Assembly: GCA_036787695.1 (NCBI GenBank)
Contig: DAIQOT010000001.1
Location: 3,843-67,842, forward strand
Source: Solirubrobacterales bacterium
GTDB lineage: Bacteria; Actinomycetota; Thermoleophilia; Solirubrobacterales; 70-9
Reading direction: 5' to 3'
DNA length: 64,000 bases
The first letter of the stretch is position 1. Every line of letters starts with the position of its first letter. The translations under genes were made by a program, and so were the position numbers. The notes under the pieces are model-generated. The model ran no database searches. It saw nothing but the letters and a program-made list of their open reading frames with translations, and was not told the origin of the DNA. Of this stretch, positions 17,746-27,268 are shown piece by piece.

Positions 17746-17794
17746 GTTGATGGGCCGAAAACCGGACATATAGGGAGGTTTTCGGCCCGTCGAC
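17746..17794. repeat. P-unit palindrome, variant right arm
   Basis: Identical to 378-426. It abuts the ssuD-2 stop codon. Confidence 0.8.
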
Positions 17795-18922
17795 CTAGAC
17801 GACCAAGGGCTCGGGGGAGGCGATCAGGCCTCGGGAGCGGAGGACCGGGATGAGGCCCTCGCCTACTCGGTAGGCCTCCTCCAGGTGGGGGTAGCCGGAG
17901 AGGATGAACTCGTCGATGCCCAGGTCGTGGTACTCGGCGATGCGGTCCGCGACTTCGTCGTGGGAGCCGACCAAGGCGGTGCCGGCGCCGCCGCGGACCA
18001 GGCCGATGCCGGCCCAGAGGTTCGGGGAGACCTCTAGGTGGTCGGTGCGGCCGCCGTGGAGTTCGGTCATGCGGCGCTGGCCCTCTGATTCGGAGGCTCC
18101 CTGGATCGACTGGGCTTTGGCGATCTGCTCGTCGGAGAGGCCGGCGAGCATGCGCTCGGCGACGGCCCAGGCCTCCTCGGCGGTATCGCGGGTGATGACG
18201 TGGAGGCGGATGCCGAAGCCGAGCTCACGGCCCTCCAAGTCGGCCGCCTCGCGGACCGTGTCGAGCTTCGCCGCGACCGCCGCGGGGGGCTCGCCCCAGG
18301 TGAGGAAGACGTCGGCGCGGCGGGCGGCAACTTCGACCGCGGCGGCGGAGCTACCGCCCAGGTAGACGGTCGGCCAGGCAGGCGGGTCGAGGAGGCGCGC
18401 GCCCTCGATGTCGAACCACTCGCCGGAGAAGTTGACCTCCTCCCCGGTCCACAGCTCCCTCACGATCGCGAGGAACTCGTCGGCCCGCGCGTAGCGGGAG
18501 TCCTTGCCGATCGTGTCGCCATAGCGGCGCTGCTCGACCGCGTCGCCGCCGACCACCACGTTCAGCAGCAGGCGATCCCCCGACACCCGCTGGTAGGTGG
18601 CCGCCGCCTGCGCGGCGAGGGTCGGCGACTGCAGCCCGGGACGGAAGGCGACCAGGTACTTGAAGTCGCGGGTGTGCTGGGTCAGCGCCGCGGTGATCAC
18701 CCAGGCCTCCTCGCACCAGGAGCTGGTCGGGGTGAGCGCCGCCTCGAAGCCGAGGCTCTCGGCGGCGCGGGCGACCTGCGACATGTAGGCGAGGTCACCC
18801 TTGCGGGCGTTCGTCGCCGCGTCGTCGATCCGCGCCCCGTGCGCCCCGACCGCGTTGCCGAGGCTGAGGTCGGTGTGGGAATCGCCGTTGGTCGGCAGGA
18901 ACCAGTGGAGTCGTACGGGCAT
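17795..18922 (-). CDS. ssuD: FMNH2-dependent alkanesulfonate monooxygenase (SsuD-type LLM), paralog 2
   Basis: 375 aa, collinear with 427-1551. The last 51 codons are nucleotide-identical to paralog 1. Confidence 0.88.
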   Translation of the reverse strand: MPVRLHWFLPTNGDSHTDLSLGNAVGAHGARIDDAATNARKGDLAYMSQVARAAESLGFEAALTPTSSWCEEAWVITAALTQHTRDFKYLVAFRPGLQSPTLAAQAAATYQRVSGDRLLLNVVVGGDAVEQRRYGDTIGKDSRYARADEFLAIVRELWTGEEVNFSGEWFDIEGARLLDPPAWPTVYLGGSSAAAVEVAARRADVFLTWGEPPAAVAAKLDTVREAADLEGRELGFGIRLHVITRDTAEEAWAVAERMLAGLSDEQIAKAQSIQGASESEGQRRMTELHGGRTDHLEVSPNLWAGIGLVRGGAGTALVGSHDEVADRIAEYHDLGIDEFILSGYPHLEEAYRVGEGLIPVLRSRGLIASPEPLVV

Positions 18923-18932
18923 CGCCGAAACC

Positions 18933-20312
18933 TTAGGCCGCCGCGGGCGCGCCGAGGCGCTCGCGCCGGATCCGGCCGCCGGGATGGGACTCGGGGAGCC
19001 GCGCCTCGGCGGCGCCGCTCGCCAGCTTCTCGCGCAGCGTCCCCTCGGTGTACTCGCTCTGCATCAGGCCGCGCCGCTGCAGCTCCGGCCCGGCGCCGTC
19101 GATGAAGTCGGCGAAGGTCCCGGGGGTCACGTAGTACGGCATGTTGATGCCGCCGACGCCCGCCTCGACCCACTCCTCGAGTTTGTCGGCGATCTGCTCC
19201 GGGGTGCCGACGATGCGGTTCATCGACCGGTTGGCGAGCAGGTCGCCGAAGGTCCAGGTCTTGTCCGGGGCGGTGTCGATCAGGCTTTTGACGATGCCCT
19301 GCGTGTTGTACTGCTCGAGCTCGCCGATCGGCGAGTCGAGGCCGATGTCGGCGAGGTCGACGCCCATGCCGCCGCCCATGTGCGCGGCGTACCCACGCGG
19401 GCTCTGCGTCTCGTCGTATTCGGCGGCCTTGGCCTTTGCCTCTTCCTCGGTGCCGCCGACGACGAACGACATGCCCTGGAAGAAGACGATGTCCTCGGGG
19501 TCACGGCCGACCGCGGCGGCGCGGCGGCGGATGTCGTCGATCGTCTGCCGCGCCGCGTCGGGCGTGCGGGTGATGATGAAGATCGCCTCCGCGTTGCGGG
19601 CGGCGAACTCGCGGCCCGGCTCCGAGGTGCCCGCCTGGAAGAGCACCGGGGTGCGCTGCGGCGAGGGCTCGGAGAGGTGCGGTCCGGGGACGTCGGGGAA
19701 GAACTCGCCGCTGTGGTTGATGTCGTGGATCTTCGCCGGGTCGGCGTAGATGCCGTTCTCGAGGTCACGGATCACCGCGTCGTCCTCCCAGCTCCCCTCG
19801 AGCAGCTTGTAGACGACCTGCATGTACTCCTCGGCGCGCCGGTAGCGATCCTCGTGCGTCGGCAGGCCGCCGTAGCCGAGGTTGCGCGCCGCGTCGGGCA
19901 GGTAGGAGGTGACGATGTTCCAGCCGACCCGGCCCTTGGTCAGGTGATCGAGGGTGGAGAGCCGGCGGGCGAAGTTGAACGGCTGCTCCTGCAGCACCGA
20001 CTGGGTGAAGGCGAAGCCGAGGTTCTCGGTCGCCGCCGCCATCGCCGGGATCAGCAGCGAGGGGTCGTTGACCGGCGTCTGCAGCCCCTCTTCGACCGCC
20101 GCGTCGCGGCTGCCGCCGTAGGCGGCGTAGGTGCCGACCACGTCGGCGAGGAAGAGCGCGTCGAACTTGCCGCGGTCGAGGATCTGGGCGAGCTCGATCC
20201 AGGCGTCGAGGTCGGTGTAGTCCATGCTGCGCCCCTCGGGACGCACCCACTGACCGTGGTGGATGTGGGAGACGCAGTTCATCGAGAAGGCGTTGAAGCG
20301 AAGCCGGGGCAT
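18933..20312 (-). CDS. LLM flavin monooxygenase, DszA/NtaA family
   Basis: 459 aa from ATG 20312, with NAFSMNCVSHIHHGQW, GRVGWNIVTSY and TPVLFQAGTSEPGREFAA blocks. Confidence 0.85.
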   Translation of the reverse strand: MPRLRFNAFSMNCVSHIHHGQWVRPEGRSMDYTDLDAWIELAQILDRGKFDALFLADVVGTYAAYGGSRDAAVEEGLQTPVNDPSLLIPAMAAATENLGFAFTQSVLQEQPFNFARRLSTLDHLTKGRVGWNIVTSYLPDAARNLGYGGLPTHEDRYRRAEEYMQVVYKLLEGSWEDDAVIRDLENGIYADPAKIHDINHSGEFFPDVPGPHLSEPSPQRTPVLFQAGTSEPGREFAARNAEAIFIITRTPDAARQTIDDIRRRAAAVGRDPEDIVFFQGMSFVVGGTEEEAKAKAAEYDETQSPRGYAAHMGGGMGVDLADIGLDSPIGELEQYNTQGIVKSLIDTAPDKTWTFGDLLANRSMNRIVGTPEQIADKLEEWVEAGVGGINMPYYVTPGTFADFIDGAGPELQRRGLMQSEYTEGTLREKLASGAAEARLPESHPGGRIRRERLGAPAAA

Positions 20313-20326
20313 GAGGGGTGGTCCTT

Positions 20327-21739
20327 TCAGTTGGGGACTGCGGAGAAGGCGTTGCGGTAGCGGTGGGCCGGGTGCTCGGGACCGACCCAGGGGCCGGCGT
20401 CGAAGAGGCGCTCGCGGAGCGTCTCGCCGGGCGTGTACTCGGCGCGGAAGCGGCCCCGGCGCCGCAGCTCCGGGACGACCAGCTCGACGAACTCGGTGAG
20501 CGTGTCGAAGCAGTGCCACTGGCGCAGGTTGATCGCGTCGAGGCCGTCGTCGTCGAGCCACGACTCGATCTCGTCGGCGACTTCGGCGGGGGTGCCGACC
20601 GCCCGATGGGGCAGGCGGAGGAAGCGGAAGCTCTCCTTCACGTCGCCGACCGTGCGGCCGCCGAAGTAGCGGACGACGCCGTCGGTCTCCGGCAGCTCGC
20701 CGGCGGCGACCAGGTCGGCGAGCGCGACGTCGTCGGCGTGCTCCTCCGGGTTCAGCTTCGATTCGGCGAAGGCGAGCGCGCCCTCGAGGGTGATGAAGGA
20801 GTCGTACTCCTCGGCCTTCGCCTGGGCCGCCTCGCGGGTCGGCCCGACGATCACGTCGACGAGCGCCGTCGTCTTCACCGAGCCGGGCGCGCGCCCGGCC
20901 TCGGCGGCGGCCTCGTGGATGCCGCGGATGTTCTCGGCGCAGTACTCGCGGGTCGGCCCGCCGACCAGGATCAGCTCGGCGTTCTTCGCCGCGAAGGCGG
21001 TGCCCCGCGCCGTCCCCGACGCCTGCGCCAGCACCGGCAGCCGCTGCGGGCCGGGGTCGACGTAGTTGGCGGCGTCGACGGTGAAGTGCTCGCCCGCGTG
21101 GCCGATCGGGTGGACGGCGCCCGGCTCGACGTAGACGCGGGCGTCCTTGTCGGCGACGACGGCGCCCTCGTCCCACGACCCCTCCCACAGCTTGTAGGCG
21201 ACGTCGATGTACTCGTCGGCGAGCGCGTAGTACTCGTCGGAGGTGAGCGGGCGCTCGCGGCCGTAGGCCCGCGCCGCCGCCGGGGTGTTGGAGAAGACGA
21301 TGTTCCAGCCCGCCAGGCCGCGGCTCAGGTGGTCGAGCGTGGAGAACGAGCGGACCACACGGTAAGGGTGCGTCCAGGTGGTCGGGACGGTGACGATGAT
21401 GCCGAGGTCGGTGGTGTTGGCGGCGATGATCCCGGCGACCAGCAGCGGGTCGTAGGCGGGGAAGAAGGCCCCGTCGCGCCCGGCCGGGTCGTAGGAGTCG
21501 CGGTGGTTGTTCGGCCCCGCCGCGAGGTCGGCGAAGAAGATCCCGTCGAGCTTGCCGCGCTCGCAGAGCTTCGCCGTCGTCGCCCAGAACTCGGGGGTGT
21601 TGAACTCCACCCGCCGGTCGCTCTTCTGCGCCCAGACGCCGTAATAGAACTGGTTGATCGTGACCGCGTCGAAGAGGAAGACGTGGGCCTGCTTCTTCCC
21701 TGACCCGGGCCCTGACCCGGGGGACGGCGCCGCGCTCAT
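20327..21739 (-). CDS. LLM flavin monooxygenase, DszA/NtaA family
   Basis: 470 aa from ATG 21739 (ATGA overlap with the upstream ABC ATPase), with GLAGWNIVFS, LPVLAQASGTARG and GLDAINL blocks. Confidence 0.83.
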   Translation of the reverse strand: MSAAPSPGSGPGSGKKQAHVFLFDAVTINQFYYGVWAQKSDRRVEFNTPEFWATTAKLCERGKLDGIFFADLAAGPNNHRDSYDPAGRDGAFFPAYDPLLVAGIIAANTTDLGIIVTVPTTWTHPYRVVRSFSTLDHLSRGLAGWNIVFSNTPAAARAYGRERPLTSDEYYALADEYIDVAYKLWEGSWDEGAVVADKDARVYVEPGAVHPIGHAGEHFTVDAANYVDPGPQRLPVLAQASGTARGTAFAAKNAELILVGGPTREYCAENIRGIHEAAAEAGRAPGSVKTTALVDVIVGPTREAAQAKAEEYDSFITLEGALAFAESKLNPEEHADDVALADLVAAGELPETDGVVRYFGGRTVGDVKESFRFLRLPHRAVGTPAEVADEIESWLDDDGLDAINLRQWHCFDTLTEFVELVVPELRRRGRFRAEYTPGETLRERLFDAGPWVGPEHPAHRYRNAFSAVPN

Positions 21740-23523
21740 GCGGCGAGCTCCTCGGAATACGGCGAGGCGCCGGCGGGACGCGGGCTGCCCTTGCGCGGCG
21801 GCCGTCCGAAGGGGCGCGGGCCGGTCGGCTCGGGACGCTCGAGCGCCGGCAGCGACTCGACCAGTTTCTTCGTGTACGGGTGATGCGGGCGCAGCAGCAC
21901 GTCGTCGGCGTCGCCGAACTCGACCACTTTGCCGTCGCACATCACCAGCACGCGGTCGGAGATGTGGTGGATGACGCCGAGGTCGTGGGAGATGAACAGG
22001 TAGGAGACGTTGAGCTCGTCCTGCAGGTCGGCGAGCAGGTCGAGGACCTGGGCCTGGATCGAGACGTCGAGCGCCGAGACCGGCTCGTCGCAGACGATCA
22101 CCCGCGGCTGCGGGCCGAGGGCGCGGGCGATCGCGACGCGCTGGCGCTGGCCGCCGGAGAGCTGCAGCGGCCGGCGGCCGAGGTGCTCGCGCTCCAGCCC
22201 GACCATCTCGAGCAGCTCGGCGATCCGCGCCTTGCGGGCGGCCTTGTTGTCATACCCCTCGCCGAGCGCGTCGAGCATGATCTGCTCGACCGTCCAGCGC
22301 GGGTCGAAGGAGCTGAGCGGGTCCTGGTAGATGACCGAGATGTCGGCGCGGCGCTTGCGGCGCTCGCGCTCGGGCAGGCCCGACCACTCCTCGCCGGCCA
22401 GCGTGACGCCGCCGCCGTCGACCTCGAGCAGGGCGAGCGCGAGCCGCGCCGTCGTCGTCTTGCCGGAGCCGGACTCGCCGACGATCCCCAGCGTCTCCCC
22501 CTGGTGCAGCTCGAAGGAGACGTCGTTGACGACCGTGCGGGTGACCCCGTCGGGACCGCGGAAGTGCTTGAACAGGCGCTCCGCCTTCAGCACCGGCGCG
22601 TCGGAATCCTCGTAGACGCGGGCGGTGCCGAGCGATGCCTTGCGCTCGACCGGCGAGAGCCGGGCGCCGCGCGACTCGGCGCTCGGGATCGCCTCGATCA
22701 GGCGCTGCGTGTACTCGTGCTCGGGGCGCGAGAAGAGCTGCGCCGCGGGCGCGTACTCGAGGATGTCGCCGTTGAACATCACCGCGACGGTGTCGGCGAG
22801 CTGCGAGACGACGGCGAGGTCGTGGCTGATCAGGATCAGAGCTTTGCCGCGCGCCTTCGCCGCCTGCAGCTGCTCGAGCACCTGCGCCTGGACGGTCATG
22901 TCGAGGGCGGTGGTCGGCTCGTCGGCGATGATCAGCTTCGGGTCCATCGCGATCGCCGAGGCGATCAGCGCGCGCTGGCGCAGCCCGCCGGAGAGCTCGT
23001 ACGGTCGCATGTGGGCGCGCACCTCGGGCTCGGGCACGCCGACCAGGTCGAGCAGCTCGATCACCCGCTCCTGACGCTCCTTCTTCGAGCCCCAGTCGTG
23101 CAGCTTCAGCGCCTCGTCGATCTCCTTGCCCACCGGCCGCAGCTGGTCGAGCGAGACCAACGCGTCCTGGAGGATGAAGCCGACGTCCTTGCCGCGCAGG
23201 CCGCGCCAGTCGCGGTCCTTGAACGAGAGCAGGTCGCGGCCGTCGAACTCCATCCGGTCGGCGCTGACGTGGGACTTGCCGCCGGTCAGCCCGACGAGGG
23301 TGCGAGCGCTGACGCTCTTCCCCGACCCGGACTCGCCGACGATCGCCAGGCACTCGCCCGGAGCCAACGAGAAGGAGACGCCGTGGACGATCTCGGTGAC
23401 GTCGCGCTTCTCGCCGAAGCCGACCCGCAGGTTCTCGACCCGGAGCAGGTCCCCTTGACCCCGGGCCTCGGGATCGCGCAGCCGCGGCTGCCCCGCGGTG
23501 CTCTCGTTCGTCGTGGTGCTCAT
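21736..23523 (-). CDS. ABC transporter ATP-binding protein with two fused nucleotide-binding domains (DppD-DppF fusion type)
   Basis: 595 aa from ATG 23523. Two Walker A motifs (GESGSGKSV and GESGSGKTT), two signature motifs (LSGGLRQR and LSGGQRQR) and two Walker B motifs. Confidence 0.9.
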   Translation of the reverse strand: MSTTTNESTAGQPRLRDPEARGQGDLLRVENLRVGFGEKRDVTEIVHGVSFSLAPGECLAIVGESGSGKSVSARTLVGLTGGKSHVSADRMEFDGRDLLSFKDRDWRGLRGKDVGFILQDALVSLDQLRPVGKEIDEALKLHDWGSKKERQERVIELLDLVGVPEPEVRAHMRPYELSGGLRQRALIASAIAMDPKLIIADEPTTALDMTVQAQVLEQLQAAKARGKALILISHDLAVVSQLADTVAVMFNGDILEYAPAAQLFSRPEHEYTQRLIEAIPSAESRGARLSPVERKASLGTARVYEDSDAPVLKAERLFKHFRGPDGVTRTVVNDVSFELHQGETLGIVGESGSGKTTTARLALALLEVDGGGVTLAGEEWSGLPERERRKRRADISVIYQDPLSSFDPRWTVEQIMLDALGEGYDNKAARKARIAELLEMVGLEREHLGRRPLQLSGGQRQRVAIARALGPQPRVIVCDEPVSALDVSIQAQVLDLLADLQDELNVSYLFISHDLGVIHHISDRVLVMCDGKVVEFGDADDVLLRPHHPYTKKLVESLPALERPEPTGPRPFGRPPRKGSPRPAGASPYSEELAA

Positions 23524-24416
23524 CGGTTGACCCCTCCTTCGAGGCGTTGCTGTACGTATCGGCCGAGGGTGGTGAGCGAGAGGGCGAACAGGACGATCGC
23601 CAGACCCGGCATCACCTCCAGCCACCAGGCTTGAGTGATGTAGTTGCGCCCGGCGTTCAGCAGGGCTCCCCACTCGGGCGAGGGCGGCGGGATGCCGAGG
23701 CCGAGGAAGGCGATCCCCGAGGCCCAGACGATCGCCTGGCCGACCCCGAGCGTGAACACGACCACCAGCGGCCGCATCGCGTTGGGGAAGATGTGCCGCC
23801 GCACGATCGAGCCATAGGGATGCCCGAGCGCTCGCGCGGCCTCCACGTATCCGGAATCGCGCGTGGCGAGGACCTGACCGCGCACCATCCGCGCGTAGCC
23901 AGGGGCCGTGCCGATTCCGACCGCGAAGATCTCGGTCGCCGCGCTGGGTCCGAAGACGGCGACGAAGAGCAGTGCCAGGAGCAGCACCGGGAAGGCGAAC
24001 ATCACCTCGACCCCGCGGCTGATGATCCCGTCGACCCACTTGTTGCCGAGGCCGGCGAGGGTGCCGAGGACGATCGCGATGCCGACGCTGACGCCGGTCG
24101 CGCCGAGGCCGATCAACAGCGACTGGCGGGCGCCGTAGACGATCCGCGCGTAGAGGTCGCGGCCCGACTGGTCGGTGCCCATGATGTGCGCCCACGAGGG
24201 CGCCTCCAGGGTCTGGCTGAGGTTGACCGCGTAGGGGTCCTGGCTGGTCAGCAGCGAGGGCACGATCATCGCGATCACGAAGAAGGCGACGATCACGCCG
24301 GCGACGATGACCCCGGGCCGCAGGCTGCGGACCCAGTCGGGGACGGTGACGCGGGAGCGGGCCGGAGCGGGGGCGCCGACGGGCGCGCCGGACGGGCTGA
24401 CGGGGGTGGCGCTCAT
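23520..24416 (-). CDS. ABC transporter permease (DppC/OppC-like)
   Basis: 298 aa, multi-TM, with MGTDQSGRD and EAARALG blocks. ATGA overlaps on both sides. Confidence 0.85.
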   Translation of the reverse strand: MSATPVSPSGAPVGAPAPARSRVTVPDWVRSLRPGVIVAGVIVAFFVIAMIVPSLLTSQDPYAVNLSQTLEAPSWAHIMGTDQSGRDLYARIVYGARQSLLIGLGATGVSVGIAIVLGTLAGLGNKWVDGIISRGVEVMFAFPVLLLALLFVAVFGPSAATEIFAVGIGTAPGYARMVRGQVLATRDSGYVEAARALGHPYGSIVRRHIFPNAMRPLVVVFTLGVGQAIVWASGIAFLGLGIPPPSPEWGALLNAGRNYITQAWWLEVMPGLAIVLFALSLTTLGRYVQQRLEGGVNR

Positions 24417-25408
24417 GCTCGCAACCTCGGGTCGATGATCGCGTAGGCAATGTCGACGAGGATGTTCGCGATCACGTAGATGAAGGCGACCAGCATCACC
24501 ACGCCGGAGACGAGCGGCACGTCGCGGTTGCTCGCCGCGGTGACGATCATCTGGCCGATGCCCGGGCGGGCGAAGACCGTCTCGACGATCACCGCGCCGG
24601 AGATCAGCGCGCCGAGCGCCCAGCCCGACAGCGTCACCGCCGGCAGCACCGCGTGGCGCAGCACGTGCTTCACCCGCACGGCGAAGTCACCCATCCCACG
24701 GGCCCGCGCCGAGGTGACGAAAGGCTGGTCGAGCACCTTTTCGAACTCGTCGCGGGTCACCTGGCCGATGAACCCGGCGAGCGGGATCGCCAGCGTCAGC
24801 GCCGGCAGCACCAGGCCCTCGATGCTGGTCCCTCCCTGCACCGGGAAGATCTTCAGTTCGATCGAGAAGACGACCAACAGGATCACCCCGAGCCAGTAGT
24901 AGGGCAGGCCGGCGCTGAAGATCTCCCATCCCGAGCCGAGGGTGGAGATCACCTTTTTTCGTCTCGAGGTGAGCAAGATCGTGGTTAACGCGAACACCCA
25001 GGCGAGGATCAGCGCCGTCACCGTCAGCACCAGCGTCGGGCCGACCTGTTCGCCGATGATCGTGAGCACCGGCTTGTGCTGCTGGTAGGAGTCGCCGAGG
25101 TCACCGTGGGCGAGGCCCTTGATGTATTCGAAGTACTGCGTGGTGACCGGCTCGTCGAAACCGTACTTTTCTTCGACCGGCTTCAGCTGGGCCGCGTTGT
25201 AGGTCTGCTGGGTGCCGTGTTCCTGGTTGAGGATCAGCGTCGCTTTGCTGCCGGGCAGCAGCTCCTGCACGAAGAACGTGAAGGTGGCCGCCGCCCAGAG
25301 CACGAAGATCGCGCCGAGGATCCGCCAGGCGATCCGTTTCAGCCAGGGAGCACGGCGCGGCTTGACGCCGATCGCCGTGGTCCCCGGGGTCTCCGCGAAG
25401 GTGCCCAT
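24413..25408 (-). CDS. ABC transporter permease (DppB/OppB-like)
   Basis: 331 aa, multi-TM, with FVTSARARGMGDFAVRVKHVLRHA block. Confidence 0.85.
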   Translation of the reverse strand: MGTFAETPGTTAIGVKPRRAPWLKRIAWRILGAIFVLWAAATFTFFVQELLPGSKATLILNQEHGTQQTYNAAQLKPVEEKYGFDEPVTTQYFEYIKGLAHGDLGDSYQQHKPVLTIIGEQVGPTLVLTVTALILAWVFALTTILLTSRRKKVISTLGSGWEIFSAGLPYYWLGVILLVVFSIELKIFPVQGGTSIEGLVLPALTLAIPLAGFIGQVTRDEFEKVLDQPFVTSARARGMGDFAVRVKHVLRHAVLPAVTLSGWALGALISGAVIVETVFARPGIGQMIVTAASNRDVPLVSGVVMLVAFIYVIANILVDIAYAIIDPRLRA

Positions 25409-25411
25409 GGA

Positions 25412-27187
25412 TCAGCCTTCGTTGCCGAAGTAGGCGTCCGAGAAGACGGGCTCACCCTGCGACGCCTCGAGCCAGACGTCGTGCAGGTTCTTTTCCACCG
25501 CCAGGGAGGTTTCCTGGACGTACACCCCGACCACCGCCGCCTGTTCTTTCGTGACTATCTGCTGGGCGGCGAAGTAGTTCTTTTTCTGCTCGGCCGGATC
25601 GGCGCTGCTGTTGCCTTTTTCGATCAGGCTGACCAATTTGTCGCTGTTGTAGAAGGACTGGTTGTTGCCGTTCGGTTCGGTTTTCGAGTTCCACGGCTTC
25701 CAGACGATCAGCAACACGGCCGGGCTGGGTGAGGTCCAGTAACCGATCGTCGCGTCGTATTTGTCGGGCGCCGCGTATTCGCCGCTGAACAGCTGGGTCA
25801 GCGTGGCGGGCTTCAGTTCGACGTTGAAGCCGACTTCCTTCCACTGTGACTGCAGGTCCTCGAGCACGGTCGCGCCTTCGGTGGTGATCAGCGAGCCGGC
25901 TCCGTAGACGAGTTTGATGTTCAGCTGCTTGCCGTCTTTTTCGCGGATGCCGCCGCTGCCGACCTTCCAACCGGCCTGGTCGAGGAGCTGTTCGGCTTTT
26001 TCGGGGTTGTAGGGCCAGGTTTCTTCGAGCGAGGGATCCTGCATCGGCGTCGACTGGCTGAGCGCGCCGTTGCCGTTGTAGGGGACCTTGCCTTCGAAGG
26101 CGCTTTCGACGGCGGCCTTGCGGTCGGCGCCGTAGGCGAACGCTTCGCGCACCGGGAGTTCGGCGAACGGGCCCTGGTTGGTGTTGAGGTCGAGCGTGAC
26201 CGGGCGGCCCGGGGTGATGTACTGCTGCACTTCGTAGTTTTCCTGTGCCGCGGCCCAGTCGGGAGCGGGGACGTCGTAGATCACGTTCGACTGGCCGGTG
26301 GTCAACGAGCCGTACCGGGTGGTCGGATCGGCGACGTAGCTCCAGATCAGTTTTTCGGCGTAGGCCGGGCCCTGATGAAGGGCGTTGGACGGCGCCGAGT
26401 TGTAGTTCGGGTTACGGCTGAAGGTGATGTTCTGGCCGTGGGTCCACTTGTCGATGATCCACGGGCCGCTGCCGATCGGTTCGTTGCAGATCGCTTCCGG
26501 GCCCGCGGCGTACGTCGCCGGCGCGAGGATGCCGTCGTAGCCCTGCGAGATCGAGGAGAGCAGCGGCGCGTACGGTTTGAACAGCGTCACCTGCACCGTC
26601 GTCGGGTTGATCGCTTTCGACGACTTGTAGTAGTTGTGCAGGAAGGGAGCGACGCCGTTGCCGTTGCTCGGGTCCGACCAGTATTCGAAGTTTTTGACCA
26701 CCGCTTTGGCGTCGAGCGGTTCGCCGTTGGTGAATTTGACGCCCGGCTTCAGGTGGAAGGTCCAGGTGAGGCCGTCCTTGGAGGTGTCCCAGGAGGTCGC
26801 CAGCCAGGGGACGATCTTGCCGGTTTTCGTCTGCGAGACGAGCTCGTCGGCGTACTGACGCTCGATGAACGCCTCCTGCACCCAACCACCGGTCAGGCAG
26901 GGAGTTTCCTGCTCGTGTGCGTAGTTGATCGTGCCGCCCTGTTTCGGCGTCCCGGTGTTGTCGGAGACGGTGGCGGCTTCGGCGCCGGCGACGTTGCCGG
27001 AGTTGGTACCTGACGCACCCCCCGCCGCGCCCGTCGCCGACGAACCACCGCCACAGGCGGAGAGCACGAGGGCGAGGGTGAGTGCCATGGCGGCGGCAAT
27101 GCCACTCAGGGTCGCGCGGCGGGGAGTCCGCGGGTGGGTACTGCTGGAGGAGAGGTTCTTGTCTTGTCTATTCATGTCACGGTCCAT
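25412..27187 (-). CDS. ABC transporter substrate-binding lipoprotein, family 5
   Basis: 591 aa with signal peptide and lipobox LSAC. SBP_bac_5-like throughout. Confidence 0.88.
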   Translation of the reverse strand: MDRDMNRQDKNLSSSSTHPRTPRRATLSGIAAAMALTLALVLSACGGGSSATGAAGGASGTNSGNVAGAEAATVSDNTGTPKQGGTINYAHEQETPCLTGGWVQEAFIERQYADELVSQTKTGKIVPWLATSWDTSKDGLTWTFHLKPGVKFTNGEPLDAKAVVKNFEYWSDPSNGNGVAPFLHNYYKSSKAINPTTVQVTLFKPYAPLLSSISQGYDGILAPATYAAGPEAICNEPIGSGPWIIDKWTHGQNITFSRNPNYNSAPSNALHQGPAYAEKLIWSYVADPTTRYGSLTTGQSNVIYDVPAPDWAAAQENYEVQQYITPGRPVTLDLNTNQGPFAELPVREAFAYGADRKAAVESAFEGKVPYNGNGALSQSTPMQDPSLEETWPYNPEKAEQLLDQAGWKVGSGGIREKDGKQLNIKLVYGAGSLITTEGATVLEDLQSQWKEVGFNVELKPATLTQLFSGEYAAPDKYDATIGYWTSPSPAVLLIVWKPWNSKTEPNGNNQSFYNSDKLVSLIEKGNSSADPAEQKKNYFAAQQIVTKEQAAVVGVYVQETSLAVEKNLHDVWLEASQGEPVFSDAYFGNEG

Positions 27188-27268
27188 ACTGGAGTAAGTT
27201 GACCAGGTAAGTCGTAAAAGAGGTATGGCTTTACCCGGTTGGGGAAACGGACGTTTGGAAGGTGTGCT

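Larger units (their letters stand above)
17369..17794. repeat. Mosaic palindromic intergenic element, copy 2
   Basis: H-unit at 17378-17431, P-unit at 17499-17547, inverted H-unit at 17640-17689, P-unit at 17746-17794. The segment from 17378 to 17689 is a degenerate large palindrome centred on the first P-unit. It lies between ssuD-2 and the NtaA-like gene. Confidence 0.85.
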
